Shown in pieces: positions 10,225 through 18,788 of a DNA stretch of 57,064 bases (the stretch's first letter is position 1; each line of letters opens with the position of its first letter). The notes beneath the pieces are model-generated. The model saw nothing but the letters and a program-made list of their open reading frames with translations, was not told the origin of the DNA and did not search any database. A program made the position numbers and the translations under genes. Where the stretch lies: positions 1 through 57,064 of the forward strand of contig MHLM01000010.1 of NCBI GenBank assembly GCA_001821395.1, given 5' to 3'. The DNA comes from Candidatus Lloydbacteria bacterium RIFCSPHIGHO2_02_FULL_50_18. Its GTDB lineage: Bacteria; Patescibacteriota; Minisyncoccia; Phycocordibacterales; UBA6899.

Positions 10225-10410
10225 ATGATCAAAAAGTACAATTAACTAGTAACCCCAGCCTCCCTAAAACAAATTTCTAAAAGTTGTTCGGGCGAACATT
10301 TTTTATCAGAAAAAAATGTTTTAGCCCAAAATATTTACCACGGTAGAGTTAGATACATTATACGTGAGTTTACGAATGATGTGCAATGCATATGTGAACA
10401 AGAAGTGGAT

Positions 10411-10603
10411 ACCGCTCGGGTAATAACTTTTCGGAGCATATTTGCCCGCTGAGAGCGGTCGGGCAAAACCATCCTCAATATGAATGCCGCTTGCAAGGCC
10501 TAGCGGACCAAGCCATTCATCTGCAGGGGCAACTTTGTTTTCTTAAAAGCGTAGCGAATGAGAAATACAAGAAGTACCCTTGTGGCGCTCCGAAAGTCTT
10601 ACT
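10411..10603. repeat. Intergenic repeat D, copy 1 (candidate structured element); second copy at 23466..23671
   Basis: A ~120-bp core (CCGCTT..GCCATTC.TCTGC.GGGGC.ACTTTGTTTTCTTA...AG.GAAT.AGAAA.ACAAGAAGTACCC.TGTGGC.CTCC.AAAGT) is ~85% identical to 23555..23665. It carries the internal hairpin tttgcccgctgagagcggtcgggcaaa. Both copies sit immediately upstream of minus-strand genes. Confidence 0.5.
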
Positions 10604-10654
10604 TTCGCGTTCAGAGAAAATGCTTTGATCTTCACCCTATGAAGAAATAGATTT

Positions 10655-10690
10655 GTAGTATAAAAAAGGCGCTGTCTATACAGCGCCTTC
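10655..10690 (-). terminator. Rho-independent terminator downstream of the PmbA-like gene
   Basis: Hairpin aggcgctgt ctata cagcgcct (10667-10689), with the T-run on the minus strand (plus-strand aaaaaa at 10661-10666), 14 nt after the stop at 10703. Confidence 0.55.
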
Positions 10691-10702
10691 AAACATAACT
10701 AC

Positions 10703-12046
10703 CTAATCCCCTGCCACCATCATTTCATCGATCAAGCAGCTCGGGGCATTCGCTCCATAAGGATTATCGGAACAATCATCAGCCGGGATCATGTTCCGGA
10801 ACATCGCAAGCAAGTTCCCGGCAATGGTCACCTTATTCACCGCACGAACGATCTCCCCGTGCTCGATGAGAAAGCCTTCCGCTCCCACTGAATATGCTCC
10901 GGTCGCGATATTTGTTCCTCGACCCATGAGATCGGTGACGAGGAAACCCCGATCGATCTTGCGAATGAGCTCATCCAATGAATTCATCGAAGGACAGAGG
11001 AGCAGATTGAGTGCGCCCGATGCGTGCCCCGTTGATGAATGTAGACCAAGCTTTGAGGCGGACTCGATCGAGGTTGCCCACATCATGAGTCTTCCTTGGT
11101 CGGACAGCGTCCACGGCGTGGTCTTTACGCAATCGTCGTCAAAGAGCTCCGATCCTAGTCGACGCGGCAGATGCGGCTGCTCGATGATGCGCACGTCATC
11201 ACGGAAAATACGTGATCCGAGATGATCAAGCAAAAATGTCTCTTTCTGGTAGACACGTTCGCCACTAATGGCACCAAAGAACGCACCCAGCAGTCGCGGA
11301 GAAACTCGTTTATCGAAGAGCACTGGCATCGCTTCCGTTTTGATAGAACGCGCACCAAGCTGCTTCACTGCATACTCCCCTGCACGACGCGCACACTCCT
11401 CGTCTCCCATGAGATCGGCACAGTGGGTTGCCATATGCCAGTGCGATGACGATTTCATCTCGCCGGCTTTTTCTGCAATGACACTTGTGCTTTTTGAATA
11501 TTGCGTCGACGGTGAGACGACCGAGAAACCGTTCGACAAGAGTTGGACCGACATATCGCTTTGAAAACCAAAACTGGTTCCCTCGCTGCGGGCAATTCCC
11601 GGAAACGCACACGCACATCGGTCGAGCGCAAGCGCCCGCATCTTTAGCTCCTTCAGTGTCGGCGGCAGACTTCCGTCGCAACGATCCAGTTGTGCAATAC
11701 GCCCCGGAAGTTCCTCCACTCCACACGGCCATTCATCCGGCCGAGCGAGGCGAACATGTTTGTTCCCGCTCACCTGAAGGGCCGAAAGTACTGCTTCTTT
11801 TGCGGTACGCGCCAGATCATCGTTCTCGAACGAGGAACTGCTCGCATACCCGCGCCTATTTCCGACGATCGCCGTGACCATGAAACCCGCACTACTTGAA
11901 AATGCGACATCATCGAGCACACCATCACGCACGGTGACAGAACGTTCCGTCGATGTATCTACTGACACAACGGCGTCGGTTGCACCGGCACTCTTTGCAT
12001 GGCGCAGCAATTGCTTGCCGACACGCATCATCTCTTTTTGATCCAT
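10703..12046 (-). CDS. pmbA: PmbA/TldE-family metalloprotease (TldD partner)
   Basis: The sequence from MDQKEMMRVGKQLLRHAKSAGATDAVVSVDTSTERSVTVRDG onward matches PmbA. The ORF-track N-terminal extension (to 12160) is Arg-rich and overlaps tldD. The ATG at 12046 is preceded by GAGGGG, 10 nt after the tldD stop. Confidence 0.75.
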   Translation of the reverse strand: MDQKEMMRVGKQLLRHAKSAGATDAVVSVDTSTERSVTVRDGVLDDVAFSSSAGFMVTAIVGNRRGYASSSSFENDDLARTAKEAVLSALQVSGNKHVRLARPDEWPCGVEELPGRIAQLDRCDGSLPPTLKELKMRALALDRCACAFPGIARSEGTSFGFQSDMSVQLLSNGFSVVSPSTQYSKSTSVIAEKAGEMKSSSHWHMATHCADLMGDEECARRAGEYAVKQLGARSIKTEAMPVLFDKRVSPRLLGAFFGAISGERVYQKETFLLDHLGSRIFRDDVRIIEQPHLPRRLGSELFDDDCVKTTPWTLSDQGRLMMWATSIESASKLGLHSSTGHASGALNLLLCPSMNSLDELIRKIDRGFLVTDLMGRGTNIATGAYSVGAEGFLIEHGEIVRAVNKVTIAGNLLAMFRNMIPADDCSDNPYGANAPSCLIDEMMVAGD

Positions 12047-12057
12047 GATATCCCCTC

Positions 12058-13500
12058 TTATTCCGGTGATGTTTCTGTTCCGCCGACGGTCACTCCGCCG
12101 GAAAGTCGCAATGTCGGTTGGCCAATACCGACCGGCACGCTCTGCCCACCCTTGCCGCATGTTCCTGCGCCGCCAAGCCTGCTATCGTTTCCGACGAGGT
12201 CGACGTGCGTGAGCACTGTGGCACAGTTCCCAATGAGCGTTGCGCCAACGACAGGTGTCGTCAACTTCCCGTCCTCGATCTTGTAGGCCAGCTCACAACT
12301 GAACACAAATTGTCCCGTGACCGGGTCAACTTGTCCTCCGCCAAAAGATGGCATGTACAGCCCGCGTTTTGTTGCGGCAATGATGTCCTCGGGTGGCGTC
12401 GCGCCTCCCACCATCAATGTATTCCGCATGCGCACCTGCGTACGATATTCATACGACTCGCGGCGACCGCTACCGGTCGGACGCATCGCAAGCAATCTCG
12501 CGCTCTGTCTGTCATGCATGAAGCCGACCAACATGCCGTCTTTGATAAGTACGGTGCGTTCTGTTGGTGTCCCCTCATCATCGATGGTGAGTGACCCCCT
12601 CTCGTCTGCCAGCGTGCCATCATCAACGACCGTCACCAGCTCGCTTCCCACGCGCTTCCCGATAAGGTCCGCAAAGACCGTCGTCTTCCGCCATACACAG
12701 TCCGCTTCAAGCCCATGACCGATCGCTTCATGAAGCAATACCCCGGCCCAACCCGGACCCAGGACGACAGGCATGACGCCCGAAGGACACGGTCCCGCGC
12801 GAAGCATTTCTTTTGCATTCTTGATCGCGCGATCGACCTCAGGTTTCCAAATTCCGGGAGTGATGAGCCTTGCATAATCGTACCGCCCGCCGATACTTGC
12901 GGATGCACCTTCGCGCTTCCCACCTTCGGCACATTGCGCCGTGACGGACATACTCGCCATAGGGCGAACATCGCTCGCGATAGTTCCGTCCGCACGCACA
13001 ATGAGCACACTAACGAGACTTGCTGCAAAATATGCATCAACGTTCGTCACCGCTTTATCTTTTCGCGCATAACGGTCGATCGCACGGAGTACCTTCACCC
13101 GTGCCGCAAGCGACAGCGAAGTGAGCTTACCGGCATAACGAGCTTTCGGTTGCGGAAACTCTTCCCGCACCTCGTACCGCTGCTTTGCCGTTGCGATCTC
13201 GCGCAGCTCCTTGCCCGCGCGAATGATCGCCCGTGCAGTGATCGTATTACCGTGCGCATAGAGCACTGATTCTCCGTTCACGCGGCGCAGTCCAAATCCT
13301 TGGTCCACGCTTCGCGATGGAGATTCAATACGCCCGTCGTCAAGCGAAACACTTTCACTTTCCGAGCGCTCCAAATAGAGCTCTCCGTCTTCCGCACCCA
13401 AGAGTGCGCGCGTTACGAGCGCATTCATGCCCGCCGCATCAAGGCCAAGTAGCCTCCCGAAATAGCGGACGGGGTCGATCGCGTTATCAGTATTTTTCAC
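12058..13500 (-). CDS. tldD: TldD-family metalloprotease
   Basis: MKNTDNAIDPVRYFGRLLGLDAAGMNALVTRALLGAEDGELYLERSESESVSLDDGRIE... is a typical TldD sequence. GTG start at 13500 with AAGGAGA 5 nt upstream. Confidence 0.8.
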   Translation of the reverse strand: MKNTDNAIDPVRYFGRLLGLDAAGMNALVTRALLGAEDGELYLERSESESVSLDDGRIESPSRSVDQGFGLRRVNGESVLYAHGNTITARAIIRAGKELREIATAKQRYEVREEFPQPKARYAGKLTSLSLAARVKVLRAIDRYARKDKAVTNVDAYFAASLVSVLIVRADGTIASDVRPMASMSVTAQCAEGGKREGASASIGGRYDYARLITPGIWKPEVDRAIKNAKEMLRAGPCPSGVMPVVLGPGWAGVLLHEAIGHGLEADCVWRKTTVFADLIGKRVGSELVTVVDDGTLADERGSLTIDDEGTPTERTVLIKDGMLVGFMHDRQSARLLAMRPTGSGRRESYEYRTQVRMRNTLMVGGATPPEDIIAATKRGLYMPSFGGGQVDPVTGQFVFSCELAYKIEDGKLTTPVVGATLIGNCATVLTHVDLVGNDSRLGGAGTCGKGGQSVPVGIGQPTLRLSGGVTVGGTETSPE

Positions 13501-13651
13501 TCGCTTCTCCTTAAGATGAACGTTATTTCAACGTACGAAATCCTTGCTCAAACTAACACAACCGCCACCAAAGTCGAGGCCGATAATGCCGGGGTTTTTA
13601 AAAGATCCGCTTCTTCAACGAAGAACGGATGCACTTAAAAATAGAAGTATC

Positions 13652-13776
13652 GGGTAGCGTGTAATTTGCGATGCAGAACGCGAAGCAAACAAAACGTGAA
13701 ACGAGGCGTACTCGGAGTACGTTGAGTGAGCGTTGCAGTTTGCGACAAAGTGCTGCGCGCAAATTACACGCTACCC
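13652..13776. repeat. Long inverted repeat: perfect 19-bp arms GGGTAGCGTGTAATTTGCG/CGCAAATTACACGCTACCC separated by 87 bp, overlapping the stop codon of 13771..15531
   Basis: Arms at 13652-13670 and 13758-13776. The spacer has its own hairpin (gcgtactcggagtacg). The minus-strand transcript would have TATTTTTA 5 nt after the stem, so this may be an unusually long terminator or a MITE-like element. Confidence 0.5.
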
Positions 13777-15531
13777 TGTCCAGTTGGCGAGCATGATCGA
13801 AAAGTCCACAAGATTCACCGTCCCATCCTGGTTGATGTCTGACACAGGGTCTGCACCTTTCCAATTGAAGAGCAATATCGAAAAGTCGATGAGATTCACC
13901 TTCTTGTCTTTGTTCAAGTCTGAACGATTTGAAAAATCGGGATTCGGAGAGCCGCCTATCCCGATATAGACGATCGGACTCAAAAGACTCTGGTCTTTCT
14001 TAGAGATCTGCGAAAGGGCTTTCACTTCAAAGGTCCCCTTCAGCAGTCCATCAGTAGGCAGCGTCATGCTCCAAGAGCCATTCCCATTCGCTGTCGTTGT
14101 TCCCGTAACGATCTTTCCCGACAGGGCATTCCCCTGCATGTTCATGATCGCAAGCACGGGGACGAGTGGTGCCCCATAACCGCTTAATCGTATCGTGTCA
14201 CCAACACCGATGGTCGTTGAAGCGGCAGTGATCGTTGGAGAAACATACACGGGGGCGATGATATTGTTCGTGCGGGCGATAAGATAGATCGTCGAGGAAT
14301 ACGTTGAGGAGAGCCTGCCCTTTTCATCGCGCACATAGACCCCCCATGTATAAGTGCCACGCTGCAGGTCGGTGAATTTTTCCGAAAAATCACCGCTCTG
14401 CGAAACGGTTCCCTCTCGTACGATCACACCGTCTTTTAATATCACGAAGGCAGAGAGCGGCGCGGCCTTTCCTTCAAGCGTCACGTCACCTCCGTTCATA
14501 AAAAGACCACCACCACCACCGGGACCCGATATGCCACCGCCGCCGGGAGAAGCAGGAGGTGGTGGCGGCGGTAAAGGAGGTGTGCTGGACGCTCCCGGTT
14601 CGACGCCTACCTCAAAATAAATAAGCATGTCGTCCGAATTCGCTACCAACGATGGTGTCTGACACCGTACATAAAAACTATAAATGGTATTCGTTGCCAC
14701 CGCCTCGGAACGATAGTGAAGCGATCCAAAATTCGCTGCGGTAAAACTCGTACTCCCCAGCATGTTCGTGTAGAGCACTCCGCTCGTTGTCGCATAGCGA
14801 CATGTTGCCGGGATATCGGTATTGAGCGATAACCAAACATTCTGTGTGGTACCCGGCAACAGCCCAGAAGGAAGACCGTTGCTCCGCGTCGGTTCGAAGA
14901 TCGGCAGCTCAACCGAGATACCCACCGGGAGAATGATGACAACGACTGTTGATCCGAAATCCAATTCACCATTGAGTACATTAGTGGTCAAAAGACGCAG
15001 GTGGCGCGAACCGACCGAAGCGGGATTTTCAATCGATAAAGTTCCAACCCCGCCGAACGTCGCAATGTCACCGATAGTGATCTTCACCGTATCCCCCGCA
15101 AGAATTCCCGCTCCGGAAGCGAGCGAAAAGACAATCTGACCGGATGCACCGGAAGTAACAGCGACGCCGATATTTGCCGCACTTGGTGTCGCCGCAAGCG
15201 TACGGTTTGTGAATGGTCCGGACGATGTACCTGCAACAGACAGATCGATATCCAAAAAACTCAATGCCGCGGGAATGATAAACCCCTCAGTAGGGCTGAT
15301 CACAATATGTCCGCTTGGAGGTATCGCCGTTGTGGCAGTGAACTGAATGACATGTGAGGTCGTCGTCGCTCCGGGCGCTGAGTTCGATATGGTGTCACTG
15401 ACAAAAGAAAGCGTCCCCGCATACGCAAACGGGGTCGATATGAAAAAAAAGAAAGCAGCAGAAACCCCGAGTGCGAGCGAGCGTACATATCGGCGTTGTT
15501 GATTAAAATGATGTAGGGAAAATTGTCTCAT
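13771..15531 (-). CDS. Secreted protein with a Pro/Gly-rich region and a C-terminal type I dockerin domain
   Basis: Signal peptide at the N-terminus. The C-terminus DLNKDKKVNLIDFSILLFNW...DINQDGTVNLVDFSIMLANW shows two dockerin Ca-binding repeats (DxNxDGxVNxxD). A PPLPPPPPPASPGGGG linker is present. Confidence 0.7.
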   Translation of the reverse strand: MRQFSLHHFNQQRRYVRSLALGVSAAFFFFISTPFAYAGTLSFVSDTISNSAPGATTTSHVIQFTATTAIPPSGHIVISPTEGFIIPAALSFLDIDLSVAGTSSGPFTNRTLAATPSAANIGVAVTSGASGQIVFSLASGAGILAGDTVKITIGDIATFGGVGTLSIENPASVGSRHLRLLTTNVLNGELDFGSTVVVIILPVGISVELPIFEPTRSNGLPSGLLPGTTQNVWLSLNTDIPATCRYATTSGVLYTNMLGSTSFTAANFGSLHYRSEAVATNTIYSFYVRCQTPSLVANSDDMLIYFEVGVEPGASSTPPLPPPPPPASPGGGGISGPGGGGGLFMNGGDVTLEGKAAPLSAFVILKDGVIVREGTVSQSGDFSEKFTDLQRGTYTWGVYVRDEKGRLSSTYSSTIYLIARTNNIIAPVYVSPTITAASTTIGVGDTIRLSGYGAPLVPVLAIMNMQGNALSGKIVTGTTTANGNGSWSMTLPTDGLLKGTFEVKALSQISKKDQSLLSPIVYIGIGGSPNPDFSNRSDLNKDKKVNLIDFSILLFNWKGADPVSDINQDGTVNLVDFSIMLANWTG

Positions 15532-15566
15532 GGATCTCTGTTGTCACACGACACCGAAATGACCGA

Positions 15567-16508
15567 TCACTTCACACAGCGGAATCCGACGGCAGATCCG
15601 GCAAACGAAGGCTGAATTGTGGCGTTGATCGTAAAAATTCCCGCCTTGTCGGTCAAATTCCAAAATCCGCCGCGGAACATTCCTCTCACGCTATTCGGAT
15701 CAAGGAAGAGGTAGTCATCTCCAAATATCGCGGATGATGTTGCTGCCGTCTGCACGGGAACACCGTCCGTATCCGCCTCGGTGATATATCCCTCGGTCGG
15801 GAGTGGGTGCCCGTTGAGTGTCCCATCGACGACATTCGCGTCAACCCATTCCCACACGTTACCCACCATGTCATATGCGCCAAATGAGGAGACGCACCCG
15901 TCGTGTACTCCCGAGAGTTCAGCCTGACTCACGCCAACGCGCCCGAGGACGCACCCCGACTTCCCTCCATTCACCGTATCGGGAGTGCCAAGCGCAGCAC
16001 GATACCATTCTCCGGGAGCAGGGAGTCTCTTCCCTGCTCGTGCACATAGGGCCATTGCCTGAGAAAGAGAGGCATTCACCCACGGGTCTTTCCCTTTTAC
16101 TGATTCCGGCTTACACGTCGCAATCGCGAGATTCTCATTGGTCTGCATATCACTCGACGGGTGCACGCGCGGACACGTCAGGCCCGTCGTCACTTCGTAT
16201 CGGTCGATACAGAACCCTCCGAGAGAGGTAGGAACATAGACCATCTCCGGTGGGCAACGCAATACTTCCGTCGATCTTCCCGTTCCGGCAAGTAAGAGTG
16301 CATCGCTGATATGGAATGAGTCGCTTGCCTTACTCGCAAGCGTCGTCAGCAACATCGCACCGATCACGACGAGCGATCCTTTCCACAAACCACCTCCGCG
16401 CCTTTTCTTTGGCGGAAGAGTAGGCAACGGAGGCGCATACTGCACGCGTCCCTCTTTCCGAATGGTCAATCGCACCGGCGCGGGAGTGATGTGTGGTCGT
16501 TCGTGCAT
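15567..16508 (-). CDS. Formylglycine-generating-enzyme (FGE/SUMF1)-domain protein, membrane-anchored
   Basis: GNVWEWV, GGFWN and GFRCV motifs of the FGE-sulfatase domain, with an N-terminal TM segment. Confidence 0.65.
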   Translation of the reverse strand: MHERPHITPAPVRLTIRKEGRVQYAPPLPTLPPKKRRGGGLWKGSLVVIGAMLLTTLASKASDSFHISDALLLAGTGRSTEVLRCPPEMVYVPTSLGGFCIDRYEVTTGLTCPRVHPSSDMQTNENLAIATCKPESVKGKDPWVNASLSQAMALCARAGKRLPAPGEWYRAALGTPDTVNGGKSGCVLGRVGVSQAELSGVHDGCVSSFGAYDMVGNVWEWVDANVVDGTLNGHPLPTEGYITEADTDGVPVQTAATSSAIFGDDYLFLDPNSVRGMFRGGFWNLTDKAGIFTINATIQPSFAGSAVGFRCVK

Positions 16509-16514
16509 GTGATC

Positions 16515-16949
16515 TTATAATCGTGTGGTGAACTCGTCAGCGTGCGATGACACATGGCCTTCTACCGGCGTGTCACGTTTCCAGTCAAAATAAAAATTGA
16601 GCGAAATGAGCATGAGCAGGAGCCCCGTGATACCAAAAAGCACATTGAGAGTAATGCGATCGTTGCCGGAGAGGAGCGCCTGTTCACGGAGCGCGAGGTC
16701 TTGTTCACGCATCGTGAGCGACTTATCCTTTTGGTCGAACTGTGCGGCCAACGCATTGTATTCATTCGGTGCGACCGTTCCGGCGACCCCGATGATGCCG
16801 GCAATGTTCTCCGTTGCACGAAGCGCAATATTTTTGACTGGCGTCAAACCGGACAATGAAAGTTGTGCAAAAACAGCGATCATTACAAGAAGAAGTGCGG
16901 CGTATTGCACTGCTACTTTTGTATTCGGTTTATTCTCCCAAATGGCCAT
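16515..16949 (-). CDS. Small membrane protein (hypothetical), 2 TM helices plus a coiled-coil
   Basis: ATG-started ORF with hydrophobic segments. Co-oriented with the upstream FGE gene, 7 bp apart. Confidence 0.45.
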   Translation of the reverse strand: MAIWENKPNTKVAVQYAALLLVMIAVFAQLSLSGLTPVKNIALRATENIAGIIGVAGTVAPNEYNALAAQFDQKDKSLTMREQDLALREQALLSGNDRITLNVLFGITGLLLMLISLNFYFDWKRDTPVEGHVSSHADEFTTRL

Positions 16950-17086
16950 ATAGCGTCATTTTATGGCGAAAGTCGAGTCCAGTAAAGGTCTTTCACGCAC
17001 TGATCGTGCTAAATTTTAAAAAAATTAACCAAACGTTATACCATCCACAATTAACCATTTCCGAATAAGTTTCCAAGGAGAGACCT

Positions 17087-17151
17087 TTCAAGGCACCACC
17101 GGGAGTACTTCATTTTTCTAAGACGGGGTACCGTTAAGAAAAATTGGTCGC
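17087..17151. repeat. Intergenic repeat module A, copy 2
   Basis: See copy 1 at 7913..7982. Confidence 0.5.
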
Positions 17152-17222
17152 CAAGGACTCACCTTTGAAGCTTTCAGCATCAGAAAGAGTTAATTGGGGA
17201 TGGTATTTTTTTTTCGCTAGCC

Positions 17223-17279
17223 GATGACAAATATGCAGCTGTGGGCAAAGTCCCACTACTGCGTATTTGCTTTGGCGTC
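17223..17279. repeat. Hairpin module C, copy 1 (conserved flanks gatgacaaat / ttgctttggcgtc; stem atatgcagctgtggg/cccactactgcgtat; loop caaagt)
   Basis: Paired with 17544..17600. The flanks and the caaagtcc segment are conserved, while the stem sequences are entirely different but remain complementary in both copies. This is compensatory variation. Confidence 0.5.
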
Positions 17280-17422
17280 TCCAGTAAAAACTTTCATAAT
17301 TGGGATGCACCACGGGGGCACTTCCAATTTCATACTCCCTTCGGTCGGTGAAATTTAGGTCGAAGGACGAGGTGAAATCTAATCGTACTTTTTTATAGCA
17401 GAAGTACTCGAAAAAATACGAT

Positions 17423-17523
17423 ATTCGGGATGAGCTGCGAGGCGACAAGGGGGCGATGTCCGAGTGGACATACTTTGAGTATGTTCACCGGACTCGCTCC
17501 CCGCAGTCAACAAAGCAGATCGC
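17423..17523. repeat. Intergenic repeat module B, copy 2
   Basis: See copy 1 at 8061..8162. Locus 2 carries an extra ~115-bp insertion upstream that is homologous to 27238..27289. Confidence 0.55.
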
Positions 17524-17543
17524 CCGAATTTCGTATTTTAACC

Positions 17544-17600
17544 AATGACAAATTCATAGCATCAGACAAAGTCCAGATGCTATGAATTTGCTTTGGCGTC
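17544..17600. repeat. Hairpin module C, copy 2 (stem attcatagcatc/gatgctatgaat, 12 bp perfect)
   Basis: See 17223..17279. Confidence 0.5.
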
Positions 17601-17727
17601 GTGATGCTTTCAAATTGAGATGAAGAACGAGTTGAAATACAGATTTTGCTAGCAAGCCTTACTCCTGTAAGGTGAGGCGCAAAATCTGTATTTCAACGAA
17701 GTAATTCGCTCAATTTGGAAACATCAC
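17601..17727. repeat. About 127-bp imperfect palindrome with a perfect 18-bp inner stem (ttgaaatacagattttgc / gcaaaatctgtatttcaa) overlapping the stop codon of 17724..18788
   Basis: Outer arms gtgatgctttcaaattgag... / ...ctcaatttggaaacatcac are imperfect. The inner arms at 17631-17648 and 17678-17695 are perfect. No U-tract follows on either strand. Confidence 0.5.
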
Positions 17728-18788
17728 CCGAAATAGAAGAAGAGGATCAATAGTCCCACAATGATCGCAAACAATAACCCGATCGCCACTGCCGCCAAAC
17801 GCGAGATACCTCGCGCACCGCGCACCGCTCCCCCTCCGCGTGTACCCACCACTCCCGCTAACTGTCGACGCACATAGAGGCGGATCAAGACGTAGAGCAC
17901 GAGAATGAATGTGAAGAGTCCTCCAACGACCGGCCCGATGATGTTCATGGGGAGTATCCAGAATGATGTCACCGAGGAAATGGTCTGATTCCCTCCGTCA
18001 ACGAGAGGGATGACGAGCGCGACGACCGCCTCGAAGTGTCCGATCACAAATCCTTCAGGCTGCCACTTTACCTCATACTTTCCCGTACTATTCGGGGAAA
18101 TAACGTATGCGGTCTCATTGACGAGCAGTGATTCGACCTTCTTTCCGAACATATCGGTGATGTCGATCAAGCCTTGCGGTCGAGAAAGCGTATTCCCTTT
18201 ATTCTCCGCTTCAACGGTAAAGATCACGTTTGGAGAGCCGTAAATGAGCTTGTCGGTGAGGAATGCACGCATGCGTGTGTCTTCTTTGACATCACCCGCC
18301 ATTTGAAAATGAAGAATAGCCCCAATGTCAAACCCGACGGCAGAACCCTCCTTGAGATCGGGCGGTTTCTGCGTCAGAAACAATCCCGCAAGGTGTGAGC
18401 CGGGGCGCGCGTCAGCGGGAAATTTAACGGTAAAATGCAGCGTCGCACTACCGCCGGCAGGAACATCGAGCATTGATTCTGAATACGTGATCCACGACGC
18501 GAGCTCGGTCGCATTTGCATCGGCACCCTCCACGTAAACCGGCTGATGATCTAGAGCGATGGTGGCAATGTTCCGGGCAACGGGGTATAGCACAGTCCCC
18601 TGGTCGCCGCGATTTTCGACACGCATCGAATATGAGTGTTCCGAACTCGGCTCAACCTTATCTTCGATCGTCGTCGGGGAAAGATTAAAACTCACCTTAT
18701 TTTGCGCGAAGACCGCAAACGGCGTCATCAGCATGGCGGAACATGCGACAACAACAGCACCTCTTAATATCGTATTAGATCTCAACAT
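17724..18788 (-). CDS. Surface protein with signal peptide, beta-rich ectodomain, C-terminal TM helix and Arg/Gly-rich tail (DUF916/DUF3324-like architecture, assigned from memory)
   Basis: Signal peptide MLRSNTILRGAVVVACSAMLMTPFAVFA and C-terminal FWILPMNIIGPVVGGLFTFILVLYVLIRLYVRRQ. Paralogous to 24432..25817 and 25838..27109, which share the FWI(I/M)PW...TM motif. Confidence 0.5.
   Translation of the reverse strand: MLRSNTILRGAVVVACSAMLMTPFAVFAQNKVSFNLSPTTIEDKVEPSSEHSYSMRVENRGDQGTVLYPVARNIATIALDHQPVYVEGADANATELASWITYSESMLDVPAGGSATLHFTVKFPADARPGSHLAGLFLTQKPPDLKEGSAVGFDIGAILHFQMAGDVKEDTRMRAFLTDKLIYGSPNVIFTVEAENKGNTLSRPQGLIDITDMFGKKVESLLVNETAYVISPNSTGKYEVKWQPEGFVIGHFEAVVALVIPLVDGGNQTISSVTSFWILPMNIIGPVVGGLFTFILVLYVLIRLYVRRQLAGVVGTRGGGAVRGARGISRLAAVAIGLLFAIIVGLLILFFYFG

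Noticed and set aside
10791-13269. Multiple 70-185-aa ORFs inside the pmbA and tldD coding regions, on both strands
   Set aside because: These overlap confidently assigned metalloprotease genes and have Arg/Cys-rich composition. They are frame artefacts of GC-rich coding DNA.
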